Shown in pieces: positions 36,401-49,546 of a DNA stretch of 64,000 bases (positions within the stretch are counted from its first letter, which is position 1; every line of letters starts with the position of its first letter). The position numbers and the translations under genes were made by a program. A model generated the notes under the pieces. That model was given only the letters and a program-made list of their open reading frames with translations, did no database searches and was not told the origin of the DNA. Origin of the DNA: Hyphochytrium catenoides (taxonomy: Eukaryota > Protista > Hyphochytriomycota); NCBI GenBank assembly GCA_900088475.1, contig FLMG01003999.1:79694-143693 (forward strand), read 5' to 3'.

Positions 36401-39202
36401 AGTGGTATCCTCTCCTGTAAGAGTGTCTGACCGCGGACGAGATTGACCATGGCTTCACTTGCTGCCTTAATAACAGCTTCAGAGTAGCCCTTATCACTGT
36501 CGACAATTCTCCAGTAGAGATCTAACCCGACATAGGCGGCCTGGACACCTACCCGAATCAGCGGCAGAAGGCAGAGAAGATAGAACGGAATAGGGTTAGT
36601 CCAAGTGGACAAGCCCATAAGCCTCACTTGTCTTAGGTTTATCTTGCCTTTGTCGAAGAGCCGAGCAAGGTCCAGGATTAGCTCGACCGTTTGCTGCTCG
36701 AAGTGTTCAGCGGGCAACTCTCCAATCCTCTTGATAAGGTAGGTAAGATGCTCCTCAGAAAGAGAGTAGGACACATCCCTAATCAGCTGGACATATAGGT
36801 TAATACTTTCGAGTGCAGAGCGCTCTTCCTGAGCTACAAGGCCAGATATTTCAACGTTACCTTATAGACAGCTGACACCTTATCTTCTGTCTGTCCTAAC
36901 GTAGACGACCAGATGGTCTCAATATCTTCTTTACGGAGGTCTCCGTGCTGGCTCAGGAACCTTATCAGGTCGGCCCCTCTACTAATCAATTGCGGATGGC
37001 AACCGAAAAGCTCTTCAAGTAGCTTAGTATCTCGAATCCATTGCAGGAGTGCCTCAGCCGTAAGCCACACCGCTTCTTTGTCATTGACTTTGGTGATGAG
37101 CCCGATCCCGCATTCAGGGCGCATAGAACACGCCGAGTCAGTGTCAAGGTGACGAAGCGGCCTACAGAAATACAGGAAACGCTCTCGATTGTACAGGAGA
37201 ACTATAAAGTTATAGCAAGAAGGGTCACTTGCTCCCTGAGACTCGAAAAGAACTGAGGGAAAGAAAATCTTACAAGGCATATAGGGAGCTAAAGTAGCAT
37301 TTCGGACCTGCAGAGACAGAGTTCATGACAATGGTGAGGCCTTGGAGCTTTCTCTTCATAAAAGGAGACTTCAAACATTTGGCTGCCATCTGCAGCTGAA
37401 AGTTCTCCGTCATTTTGCCCACCTCAAGCTTGGAATAAATACGTCGCAACATGCGCTCCAAGCCTACAGGACAGACGTGTCACTTATTGTTCATATTCCG
37501 AGCAGGATGAACGAGAAAACGATACGGCTAGTAGTGATCCACACCTGACGTTATTCCGTCCAAAATTGGCTTATCGAGATCTCTAAGCTCTGCTTCATCC
37601 AGCGACAGTATTGCGTCAAAGACAAGATCTCTGAATTGCAGAAAAAATATATCCGCAAAGGGCCGACTATAGAGATTAACTGGCTGTTGGATGGCTCGGA
37701 CTATCAACTGGATGCACTTCAGGGAGAGATCTCCAGCTCGGGACCCATTTCGCCGCCTCAAATAGCCAAGAAGGCCCTACAGAATGCGGACATTAGAAAG
37801 CCTGGATTGTATGCAAAAGACGACCTTCTCACCTCGTAGCCATCAATTCTTCCAAAATGGTTCAGCGCATCTATCACGTATTGCGAACCGTACTTAGCGC
37901 TAGAACGCTTGACTGCCCAGCAGTCAGTGGGATCACTGTCATCTGCAACCGGCTCTTCGAGTACGAAGGAGTTAGCTCCTATTAACATCATCCGACGCAA
38001 GAAGCCCGAAGCGTTGCGGACAAGACGATTAGTTTTGATTAATCACAACAAGCATCCCCCGGAAAAGTTAAGGGGCTCAAAGATTTACCGGTGGCCCTGG
38101 TATTGAACTGAGCTATTCTCGCAGATCTGTTGGGAATCCATTCGTCGTACTTGGAGCTCCACCCATGAAAATTGCCATTCTCGTCCGCCTTCTCACCGTT
38201 CGGGCTATACACTCGGTATCCGACACAAACTTCCGGAACCCCGTTGAAGTTCCTTTTCGCTAAGATAGTGGCATTATACCACTTATTAGTAGGATCTAAG
38301 CAGTCTATCAGCGTTCCCGGTTCAAGCTTCTTCCTCCACACCTCCTCAATCTGAGTTTTGGTGCCCTCAGGCGCAATGTCTGGCGATTCTCTGGAAACTA
38401 TGACATCATAATGCTCCATCATGTTCTCAAAGGAGATCTTGAAGGAGGTTGTCCCCATCTCTTCCACAATCTGTGCTCTCCTGCAGGTTTTAAATGCCAA
38501 ATAAGTAGGTGAGTAAGAACGTACTTCATCCTGTACGGGTTGCCGAGGCTTACTTCCAGTGTCTTTGATTGCTGTATGCATCCACGTAGACGGCATCAAT
38601 CCAATCAGCAAAGCCAATTCGGTTTCTCCATTCCGGAGTTGCTTCCTGAGGGCCCTCCTCCTCGAGGACCTCCTCCATGGCGTGGCCATAACGCTTATAG
38701 AATTTTGCACGGTAATCAAAGATCAGGGCTAAGGTCTAAGAAGAAGCACTTTTAGATAAGTGTGTAGTCAATGATGAGACATCGTCCACTACGTTCTGTC
38801 TTACCTCAAAAGCTTCAGGAAGGTTATTGTCAATAACTAGGACGATCAGGTCTAAGCAGCGGAGGAGCACTGCTTGGACCGCTTCTGCGTCGTCTGAGGT
38901 GCTGTACTTTCTCTTCATCAAAATGGAAACTGTATGGGGTAGAAACTTCTTGACAAACTCCAGTTGGGTGTCCTGCAAGTGTCCTTCTGTATAAGAGGAG
39001 TTGCTAACCATTAGTCTAGTCAGGGTACATGGCTACTGGTGCAAGATTACGGACCTTTCTCCTCCTTGAGGGCTATGGACCTGTTCAAATGCTCCCTCCA
39101 AAGCTCTAGTTCTGCCTTGATATCAGCCTCAACTCCCTCAAGCTTAGCGATGCAGGACCTTATGTCCTCATCGGAGTCATGGGTAACCTTGTTGGAGCCC
39201 AT
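27404..39202 (-). CDS. Very large USP9/24/34-like ubiquitin C-terminal hydrolase (C19) with Tudor/Agenet-like pair, Ubl, EF-hand and C-terminal RanBP2/NZF finger
   Basis: Cys box GFVGLKNLGNTCYMNSVLQQ, QQQDAQQF, His box YELVGVVVHSGTANSGHYYSII, WLKFDD, NAYILFY, and C-terminal CPACTFFNAPSNPECEMCG. Start ATG 39202 is inferred. Confidence 0.93.
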
Positions 39203-40447
39203 CTTGCCTGCTGACGGACTTTTTTCAGCTTCACTATCTCTTCTTTGATTCTTGACCCTCTGGCTACAGGAGAAGCCAATCTTACGCGCGGCACGTATCA
39301 GCGCATAAACTCCATAGCTTACTTGCCAGGAGTAACTTCATAACAGCACCCTCAGAACCTCACGCCTCCTTGAGCATCCAGCTCACCTTCCTTCCTTCTT
39401 GAGGTGTCTCTGTGGGCCTGCTAGCCCCTTAAATAGGCAGAAACTATACAATTCCTGAGCTTCATAATGAGTATTCGGCCCTCGTATGGCAAGGCAATGA
39501 AGGGGCAGAGCTTCGCATCGACTTGCTACTTCTCCTTCGCACCAGATCTGTGCATCTTCCCTCTTATATTTTATTGCCTTTCTTGCCTTTGTCTGCAAGG
39601 TCGTTCCATCAAGCTTCTTCTTCCCAATTCCCAGCTTCATCCTCCACATGAGAAGAATCAGACGTCAGAGGTTATCAATCTCAGATAACTATCTCAGTCC
39701 CGAATTACGATAATCCTCATTCTAGGAATCCTGTATCAGCTCTCAAAGAGTTTCGTGTGTGTTCATGTTTCGTGACATACTGAAGGCTTGAATGTCAGTG
39801 ATACAGAACTGTTCGTCGTCGTTGTGCGCTGTAGAAATACAGTTCATGATTCATGTAATCAAGTCGTTGGTCAGATTTGGGTACAGAACTTCCCTGAGAT
39901 GGTGTTCTCAAGGTTCCGTGAAGGATTTCTAACAGAGCGACCTGTTCTGCCCTTCTTTCTACCTTGCCAGAACCAGTCTGCTGCTGCTTCTGATCTCTGG
40001 TCAATCTTTTGATCCTTGCACAGGAACATGGAGCCCATCATTGTCCTATGGGCTTATGTGATACGGAAGCTCGATACTCTACAGGGGCACCTGCCAAGAC
40101 GCTTAGGACAGACAGACGGGTTCCGACGGACGGTGGCTGCGAAGAACAAGAGAATAGGGTGGCCGCGCACGCCGACTGGGAAGAAGTTCGAGGCGCTGGA
40201 CGACTTGTTTTGGAAGGGAAGAGCAGCTCTCTTATTATGGTCTGAAAAGCAAAAGAGACAGGTGCTCCACCGCCATTGCAGGTACGTCGTGTTTATCAAA
40301 GTAGGTAAAGAGACCGGAACTAGAGCGCTTACGTATACCTTTACTATTTGGAAAGAGTAGTTATAACTCTACCCTTGTATCCTCCCTCGTAGTTAGTTTG
40401 CTATTGTAACGCATACGAAGCGGCTCCACAAAAGGAGGCTCATCGCC

Positions 40448-43400
40448 ATGTCCGAAATTGAAACGACGGCTGCCAATGCCCCCGAGTTTGACGAGAGGCT
40501 AGTGGAGATCCCGGCAGATGTCAGTCGAGACGCTATCACTGTTTTGAAGGCACCGTTGAAGGAAGAACGCGGAGAGGCTTTTGACTACTTGGTGCGCCAG
40601 CTCAAAACAGCGGACGTCAANNNNNNNNNNNNNNNNNNNNNNNNNNNNNNNNNNNNNNNNNNNNNNNNNNNNNNNNNNNNNNNNNNNNNNNNNNNNNNNN
40701 NNNNNNNNNTGGCTTGGTCAACGTGGTAGAGCGGATGCATCTCATGAAGAAAGACAAGGATGGTACTATCAAGCCCTTCGCAGCGGAAAACAAGGCTGAC
40801 TATGCCGTCAGCGGCACAGGACAGGGTGACGTTGCTCCGTTTACCAGGTTTGAACCACTTAGGGTGGGAGGCAGGGTTCAATGTGAACGATAGTGCTAAT
40901 TGTATCCCTTCCAGCACGGAGAGAATCCTGATTCTGGAGCATATTTTGAGGGAGATAGCGGCAGGTCCAAGCCCTCCCATGCCCTTCATTCAAGGCAACA
41001 ATATAATCAACGCGTCGAAGAGAGCAGGTAGAACAATAGAAATTGGAAGAAAAGTGGCCCGCCAGCCAGCCGATGGATCTTCTAACCGCGACATGACTGT
41101 GCATTTTCAGGTCTTATTCTTTCACTCTATCCCCTACACGATGATGCTGTACGTGAGGAACTAAGGAAAGGCTGGGTGGAGGGAAAGGGCTTCAAGCAGC
41201 CGCTAGACTTGATTAGAAGCTACTTTGGCGAAGAGGTATTGTCACGTATTCACACATATGTCCCAACAAAGCATTCATCAATGTGTCCAAAGGTTGGATT
41301 CTACTTTGCCTTCTTGGGTCATTATACTATCGAGCTTGTTATACCGGCTGGGCTTGGTGTGCTGGCCTTTCTTAACGAGGTAAGAAGTCCGAGAAGTGTT
41401 AACCATGCCCTTGCGAGCTGGCCGTATTGACAAGTCTTTTAACTGCCCCGCAGTTTATTAATGGGGTTGATAATTGGTTCACTCTCATTTTCTCGCTCTG
41501 CCTTGCTGGGTGGGCCACCACCTTCTTAGAAGGTTGGAAACGCAAGCAGGCGCGGCTTGCCTGGAGCTGGGGCGTATTTGATGATAAGGTACGCCTAGCA
41601 ATGTCGAAGATGGGTTCCAAAGTCTGTAGCAGTACTCTCTCCTTGGGATCTTGTTTCCCATCGGCGCATTTTCTGGGCATCTCCTCGACTGAGCTGAGTT
41701 GATTCTTTGATATAAATGCAGGAACAAGAGGAAGAAAGGCCTCATTTTGAAGGAAAAGTAGTTGAGGATCCCGCCACGGTAAGATGTGCTACGGGTGGCA
41801 GTGCAACCTAACAAGTATCTGACCGCGACGCGTAGAAGAAGTCGAAGAAGGTGTTTCCGAGTGAACTACGCTCCAAGCGGCTTATGCTAACTGGTGGAGG
41901 ACTTCTGTTGGCATGCATCGGGGTTACCTTGATGGTCTTTTACACATTGGAGTTGCAGGTAGGTTGGAAGAAAGAGCCCTTGAGTGTAATCCCGCCAACG
42001 AGGACTAAATGGTTCTTGATTAGACTTATGTAGACACGGTGTATACCTATGAGAATGGCTATGTGGGGGCTTGGAGCTTTCTCTCCTACCTCGTAACTAT
42101 TTTCTACGTGGTCCTCAGCATTGGTCTGGAGAAAGGCTTCAACATGCTTGCTGAGTTTATGACGGAGTATGAGAACTGGAAGACCTACGGCCAGGTAGAC
42201 TTGTCTCCTATGCTATTGGTAGCCAGCGTAATTTTGTGTACTTACTCAATCCTTACTGGTTCTCCTTTCGCTTATCCATTTTCCTGCTACATCCTAACTC
42301 TTCATTATCCTCTATCTGCAACGTCCGGGTATCCTCTATCTCTCTGGGACATCGGCGCCTTGGAACGCGACATCGTGGACACTAACGGCCTGCCAGCACC
42401 GGGACGCGCTTATCCTGAAGTTAGTGGTCTTCCATTTCATTAGCAACTTTTTGTTCCTCCTATACTACACTTTCTACCTTCAAGATGTGAAGCTACTGCG
42501 GTCGCAGATCATATTCCTCCTGGGCATCAGGCAGGTCATTGGTAACGTTCAGGTAAATATAATCAAGGTAAAGGAGGTCAAGGGGTAATGAATAGCAGTC
42601 TGACGGGAAACTCTGGATGCAGGAATCTTTGGTGCCATATATCTTGGCGAAGAGGAAGGAGAAAGCTATAGCTTCTCAGCATAACACGACCCTTAAGGAG
42701 GTGGAGAAAGCTGATATGTCTAAGGCGAGGGGCTTGGCACTGAAGGTGGGTTGCCAAGGCGAAACTGAACCACTATCTAGCTCTAGTGCAGTTGTTCGGA
42801 TGCTCATTTTCTTGTCGTAGCTGGAGCTAGAAGATGCACTGGATCCGTATGAGGATACATTTTACGATTATCTGGAGCTCCTCGTGCAATTTGGGTAAGA
42901 CTTGATGGCCGCTATTGCGCCTAAGCACGTGATAGGTTTGAGGCTTAGGAAAACTCTTATTCTGGTTGCAGGAATATCACCATGTTCGCTGCTGCTTTCC
43001 CACTTGCTCCGCTTCTCGCGCTTGGCAACAACTTAATGGAGATTCGTACGGATGCACTTAAGGTACATTCTCCTTAACAGTATACAATCGTAGTACCTGT
43101 GCTAGTTTAGTGCCTGTGCTTTTCGAGACTAACGGCCAGTTGGGCTTCTAGCTTGTGAACAACTGTAAGCGGCCCATTCCTACACGGTGCTCGGACATGG
43201 GAGCCTGGCTACGCGCTTTTGAGCTTATTGGATACGCAGCCGTTATTACAAACTGTGGCATTATTGGCTTATCCTTTAGCCAGGCAAGTTGCGACCCTAT
43301 GCTATTACTGTAGTTGGTGAGTCCGCCACTGATGTCTTTTGACAGATTGATGGACTTCTACCAAGAAAAGACGAGACGGTAAGCTCAGCCCTTAGTGTCA

Positions 43401-44060
43401 GGGATTTGCAGCTTGAAGGCGTGAAATAACACTCCACGACTGTCCCTCCTCCTTAGACCAAGGTTATTGCCTTTGTTGTGATCGAGCACATCCTAATGGC
43501 GGCGAAGTTTGGCATTGACCTTCTGACTGACGATGTACCCAGTGATATCAGAGAGGTAATGATTCCTCACCTGTCGTGTGGAAATCCATTCTTTCATCAG
43601 CTGGCGCCACGTGTGTAGGCTATTGAGCAAAAGGAAAAGCTCAGAGCTCAGCTGTTGCCTGAAGAGATAGAGCGGACTGTAGAGGCAGTGCGGCTCCCTC
43701 CCAGAGAGTCAGTAAGAGCTGAGGACCTAAACTCAAAAAGGCGAAACCTGCAGCTGGCAGAAGAAACGACTGAATCTGCCACGAAGCGAAGGTAGGCTCT
43801 TCCCCTATCGCTGCTGAATGAGGCTGTCTCACTTTGCTTTTGTGACAGTGCTCCAGCCACGGACCAAGAAAAGCGCATAATGGAGCTGGAGAATGAGGTC
43901 ATGATGCTACGAAGAGTGGTCCGAGCAGCAGATGTTGGGGACTTAATGGCTATCTTCAAGCATTCTATGCCCCCGTAAGTGACGGTCAGCGGTTGCCATC
44001 CATAGCCTGCTGGTATCTGAGTCTCACCCTTTGATACCGCCTAGGTCTCGCAGAGGTTAA
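40448..44060 (+). CDS. Anoctamin/TMEM16 family protein (ANO8/10-like scramblase/channel), multi-exon, interrupted by an assembly gap
   Basis: [98 protein letters not shown]; stop TAA 44058-44060. Confidence 0.93.
40621..40709. other. Assembly gap (89 N)
   Basis: Run of n characters. Confidence 1.
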
Positions 44061-45242
44061 GGTCAGCCTCTCAAGCTCCAAAATAGGCGGCGGAGCAGTA
44101 GTGTCTTGCATATTTTCAATTATCGTAAACTAGATATTCCATCGTACTCCATAACGTTGAGCTCAATGAGGAAGCCGTGATCAGGCAATCTGACAGGAGG
44201 GAATGGTCGCTAGACACATGGTGAAGCTACTCTTTAGGCTAAGTAGCGACAGTCTCTCCGAATCGCTAATGCCACCAGCCCATGTCACAAATGCAGTCAA
44301 AGCTCGTGGACTAGCACTTGCTGCTAGAAGATAGAGTCACACGGGACCCAGCCGGTTTCGAGTAAAGTGGTAAAGCTTCTGGCTTCGCCTTCAGAGGCTA
44401 TTATCATGCTATCGGCTATCGGTCATTCCGTAGCGTTAAGGAAGGATGATGAGCGGATGTTGCATCCAACGTCGGCCACGGCCGCTCCGGGCACTGTGTG
44501 TGCTAGGACTCTCCAACTTGGCCGAAGACTGCCCCTACAGTGCTTCGCTCTCATCACTCCTTCCTCCCTAGCCCTACAGAAAAAGAGGGGCAATCTGTTT
44601 CAAAATGATCTCTCTTGGCTTCATGCCGTTCCACGTGGAGACATTTCTAGAAAAATAGAACAGTCTATGCCTGGGTTTTGGTACAGATGACCTAATATTA
44701 TGAGGACAATTCATAAAAAGTTTAAAGGGCCTCCTTCACGCATTCTCATTGGCTACCTGCCCCAGTATTGAAGTTAACTTGATGCTTCTATTGGTTGTCC
44801 ACATCGTTCATCCTGTTATTACTAGGACAAGCTAGAATATCATCACGCTGTTCCATGTTCTGATGCTGTATTACTACTGCTTGATAGTCCTGAGAGCGTG
44901 ACACGTCCTGCTTGCTGAACCGTCAACATCCAGCAAGATCTTCTTCATATTTCGTATTCAAGAACTTTGTCGCAGAGAAGCGGACGCAGGCGGTGGTGAT
45001 GATTGCTGTGTGAGAGCAGGAGTGGAAGTGAAGACCTGCGTCAACCATCCAAGCCCACCTTACCACACGCAAATTCTTGACCCTGTCTGTCTCTGCCACG
45101 TTGGCGCGGCTGCCTCTTGGCTGAGGATAGAGTAACTTCTGACTGCCTCCGTCACTTCTTCATTTTCCGAGGATAACGCACATTCGACAAGACCTTTTCA
45201 TTTCAACTTCAGCGAGACTGCAAGCAACGATTGTGCTGATAA

Positions 45243-46007
45243 ATGAAGCTGATACCCTTAAGAAGCTCAACGATAGTGCTTTGCCTCCTCTTGCTAGGAG
45301 CACTAACAAGTCAGGTTAAAGCCCATATCCAGTTTATAAGGTTTGGTGGACCTCGAAGTGGCTACGTCCGCCAGCCTCAGCCCTACTCCTATCTGAAGCC
45401 CAGCATTGTGCACCGTCTTTTAGCGAATCCACTCACACGGTCGTGGAAAAACTCTTCACCTTTGTGGAGACGGCAGTCACAATTCTTCGAGGATGACATT
45501 GCCGCTATGCTTTCTGATGAGATGTTTTCCTTCAGCCCTCCATGGCTCAATGTTGAAGAGGTAGATCGGTGGTACGGAAAGCCCCTGTCCGCAAACCCAA
45601 GAAAATTGCAGTGTGGAGCACTTACTGAGTCCCCAAGTGTTTGCTCGTCGTCTGGGAGGGCATTGAATGGAAATCACCCAGCTAAGCTTCACTCAAGAGG
45701 CACAAGCTGTGCATCAGGAAGTGTAAGCACTGGGGATGCAAACGTCGAACCCATCTCAGTGGAAACTGTGCCTGGCGCTCTGGATAAGGAAGAGCCACCC
45801 CTCGCGGTGAGTGATGGGCTGGACCAGACCTCCGAATGTGCTGCATCCAATATTGCAGCAAAGGAGAAGAACGATGAACTTATTGTAGAAGACGATACAG
45901 CACTAGAGTTGGAGGATAAGCGAAAACAGCTTGAGCTTTTGGACCAACAGAACCACCGAGGATTTGCAGGCTACATCGATGCGACGGGAAGGTTTCAGCA
46001 TTACTAG
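45243..46007 (+). CDS. Intronless putative secreted protein of unknown function
   Basis: 254-aa ORF with signal-peptide-like MKLIPLRSSTIVLCLLLLGALTSQVKA, acidic linker and aromatic C-terminal tail GFAGYIDATGRFQHY. Confidence 0.7.
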   Translation: MKLIPLRSSTIVLCLLLLGALTSQVKAHIQFIRFGGPRSGYVRQPQPYSYLKPSIVHRLLANPLTRSWKNSSPLWRRQSQFFEDDIAAMLSDEMFSFSPPWLNVEEVDRWYGKPLSANPRKLQCGALTESPSVCSSSGRALNGNHPAKLHSRGTSCASGSVSTGDANVEPISVETVPGALDKEEPPLAVSDGLDQTSECAASNIAAKEKNDELIVEDDTALELEDKRKQLELLDQQNHRGFAGYIDATGRFQHY

Positions 46008-47209
46008 CTATGTGGGGGGTTAAATCTTGCTCGTCATGTATCATAACCCTCAACTAGCTCTAGAAACAGAAAGAATTTTTGACTGATTGCTTTGGTGAGT
46101 GCCCCTTCTGGCGAAACGTCATCAAATGTATGGATATATTATTAGCTCGTCATTGGCTCACCATCAATAAGATATCCCCACTGCTGTGTGTATAATAAAC
46201 ATCAACCCTTGGTACTTGTTGCTCATCGTTGCTCTCCGTAAGGTCACTGCTGCTGCTGTGAGGGTTGAATAATGGGATTGCTGTTGTAAAATTCAACGTA
46301 AGCCGGCATTGGAACCGTGGTCCCTGTCAGAATGCGCTGACCGACAAGAAGGTTGTGTTCACTAGTCAAAAGGTTTGACTGACCACTGCAGTGTGCCTAA
46401 GTACTCCTTTGTTTTTCTGTTCCGTGGTAAATCCTCCTCCACAGTGTAACATAACCCTCATACTCAGGAAGATACAGCTAATAATGAATCCCCAGCATCA
46501 GTTACAAACCACAGATCAAGGCTCAAGAAGCGAACTAGGAATTCTTATCAAACGATGCGTCGGTCACCATTCGCCAAAAGGGTAATAAAACTTCTTTTTT
46601 ATAAAGACCACAAAACGCACGAAGGAAGTATTATGAGCCTGGGTCGGATTGCGGAGGCAAGGTTACCACTGGCTACAAGCTGCTGTTGACGACATTATGA
46701 TGACATGAGATGGTTGGATCAGCTCTGCTACTGTCGAGAATCAGCGGTGATCGGATTGTGCAGCAACGCTTCGATGTATGAACGGCTCATCCTAGAGAAG
46801 CGGTGATCGCTACCTCCCTCGTTTCGTAGTGAGTATTTCTTTCTAGCACTCTCAGGCAGAAACAAGAAAGAAGCTTCTCTAGGATGAGCCGTTCACCTCC
46901 AATTGCTGTTGATGTGATGATGCACTTGATCTCCTAAAAGTAAGGTTTTTACTGAGTACGGAGTGAACTCGATGGCGTGGTACAAGTAAGAAAGACACTC
47001 GAACGACCGACAACAGCACAATCAGAGAACTCATCCGATACCTTCCACCCTCCTGTCACTACTGTACTCATCACTAACCTGGGAATATTGAAAGCAAACT
47101 GAACAAGGTGCCATCAACTGTGTGATGGATGATTATAGGAAGAAAGAACTGTTGAGTTCGTCTACTTGTACTGTCCAACGCACCTGCTGTCCAAAGGACA
47201 GCCCCCTGT

Positions 47210-47470
47210 CTGCTGGAGTACATAGCCCAGCTGACAAGACACCAACAACAGTGTGCCATTTTGGTCGGACTGAACAGGGAGGAGCCTGAAGAAAGCGACG
47301 TGGACTTCTCAGAAAGCCTTTGCTCCAGCTCAGAGACAGAGCCATTGGATTGATGGAAGAATTACTGCCAAGATTCTTCACTCATCTAGAGACCATCGAG
47401 TTCCTCTGGTCCTTCAAACCTTTGACTGCTCAATAAAATGACTGGGATTGCAGCTGCATTATAAAGAGCG
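47210..47470 (+). pseudogene. Decayed Ulp1/C48 (SUMO-protease-like) catalytic domain
   Basis: QQQCAILVGL...DVDFSESL, a frameshift, then RAIGLMEELLPRFF...PLTAQ*NDWDCSCII. This maps onto HW.llv...i.yyDSL...QqN..DCG with CAC TGG>CAG TGT, CAA>TAA (47434) and GGC>AGC. Confidence 0.55.
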
Positions 47471-49546
47471 TCAGGTGCAGCACCAAGAACTTGAGAAAGG
47501 ATTCAATGGTTAGAACTACTATTACGTACGAGCTATCGAGCTGGTCGTAAGGAGTGAGAGTAAAGAGGTGCAAAGGCCTTCATCTCCCAGGCCGTCTATT
47601 ATTACTAATACTTCACTGCTTGCGGCTTTCTTATTCGCTGACTACAATACAGGCGTAAAAAAGGAAGCAATTGTGGAAATTAACTCAGGGAAGGATTCGA
47701 TTTGTCTAGGAAAGTGCGTCACTGACCTGAAAGAAACATACAGCGCCGAACGGAAACCTTGAACCACAAATGCGGCTTACAAGCCGCTAATTCCTACCCT
47801 CCCCCTCCGAACTATATCTTATTGCCCTCTTTCGTCTTCTCCTTCCTTGTTCTCTCACTGTCAGGCCCGTCTCAGATCACTGCCTAAACTTCCTACTCGT
47901 AGCCCTGTTCCTCACTACTACAGTAAGCTGTGTGTAAAGGACACGCTTTTAGGATAGGACTCCAAATTCTGTTATTATGAAGAGGTGCATAGGCGCTGTT
48001 ATGCGCAGACTAGACGCAATAGCTCTATACCCCATTTAGAGGCATTTTGAAGCCATATGACCTTAGCAATGTATGAGGCTAAAGTACAGTATAAATTAAG
48101 TCCGGAACAGGGAACGTGTCCATTTAAATCAAGGCGATGGTTTGATGCCTCTCAAAAGGCCTCCTTGCTGGCGCGAGGTCTGGCGACCAGGAGGCTGGGT
48201 AGGCCAAGAGTACTGAGGCCAATTTGGCTCAACTCCTACTTTGTGGCCACCCATCCTCTTGGTTCGATGTATTCAGCACCAGCACAGTGGCTCTGGATTG
48301 CAGATGACAGGTTACCTTGGTGTTTGTATGGTAGGAGGGGCTGAAGAAGTTTCTCCTCCACAATCTGTCAGACCGATTTCCGATATCTGAGAAGTGTAGT
48401 CATCCTGTGTGGAGCACAAAGCCTGTCATTTGTACCGTGTACAACTTTCTGGTGTATCTTGTGGTTACCTGCATGGCTTATTCTAGATTTGAGCCTTCCC
48501 ACCAGGTCATCAATGGCGGCGAAGGTATGAGCTACAATCGTTTGTTAGGCGTTCACATTCTCTCCGTATCTTGGCTGCAGGCGGCTTAGGTTTGGAATAC
48601 GGGGCTCAAGGAAACAGCTCCTCTTTCTAAACAGCAGTTCCAGAACTTTCCGACGCGACTACGGTCGGAGGTACGAAGAAAGAGAGAGAGGGGAGGGAAA
48701 ACGAAGAAGCACAGAGGCTCTCTTGTCTCTTGATCTCTCTCTCTTCTGTACACATCATCCCTCTCTCTGAAGAGTAACTTATGTCTCTTTATGTCCTCTG
48801 TCTCTTGTGATTGATGGCTATAGACCTAATTATTGCCATTAACTGGCTCACCTATAATTCTCTCTTACTCAATGTTGAAGCGGCTCTGTCTCGGCTGTCG
48901 CTTGACTCTGTGTCAATGGCTCTTCTCCTCATAGATCTCAACTATTCCTGCCCTTTTTCCCCTGTTTCTCTTCCTTCTCAGCCCTCCATGCCCTCACCTG
49001 CCCCGGATATTCTCCTCCCCAAGTGTTCTGACCTTCGAATCTGGTCCAGCCTGCCTTTGTCCCTTCGCCTTCGCCGCTCGGCTTCCTCCTCAAACAGGCT
49101 TGTCTTTTCTTCGGATAAGCCTGTGGATCTTCCCTCAAGGCTTCCGCCGCCTGTCTTTAGAGGGAGGTAGGCCCTCCCAACCTGCGGGGGCGTCTCTCTC
49201 TCTCCTCTTTCCATACTCTACATCCTCCCTCTCTCTCTCGTTCTTGGCCCCCATACTCTACTATCCCTCACTTACAAAAGTTCCCTTGTGCGGACAAGCC
49301 CCGCCAATCCTCGTAGAAACAACTCTGTTGTCCTGACAGGTCAATTTTGAAGATCATTGAAGACTAATTTGGAGGCGAAATCTGAGCTTTGTATGTTATT
49401 CTGCACGGGAAATTATCTGTGAGCGACATCTTAAGCAAGCTCAAGCCATCGCTTCTCCTCGCAAACGCCACCCTAATATCATACGACATTTGTGGTTCAG
49501 CCAAAGCCCATTTGCTTGTGAACCACAGACCCCAAAACGAAGAATT

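Noticed and set aside
44645-44964. Two TTCnnGAA heat-shock-element-like sites upstream of the secreted protein
   Set aside because: Only two-unit matches, which are common by chance.
46914-46956. C/D-box-like GTGATGA...CTGA
   Set aside because: Too short for a snoRNA, with no terminal stem or guide identified.
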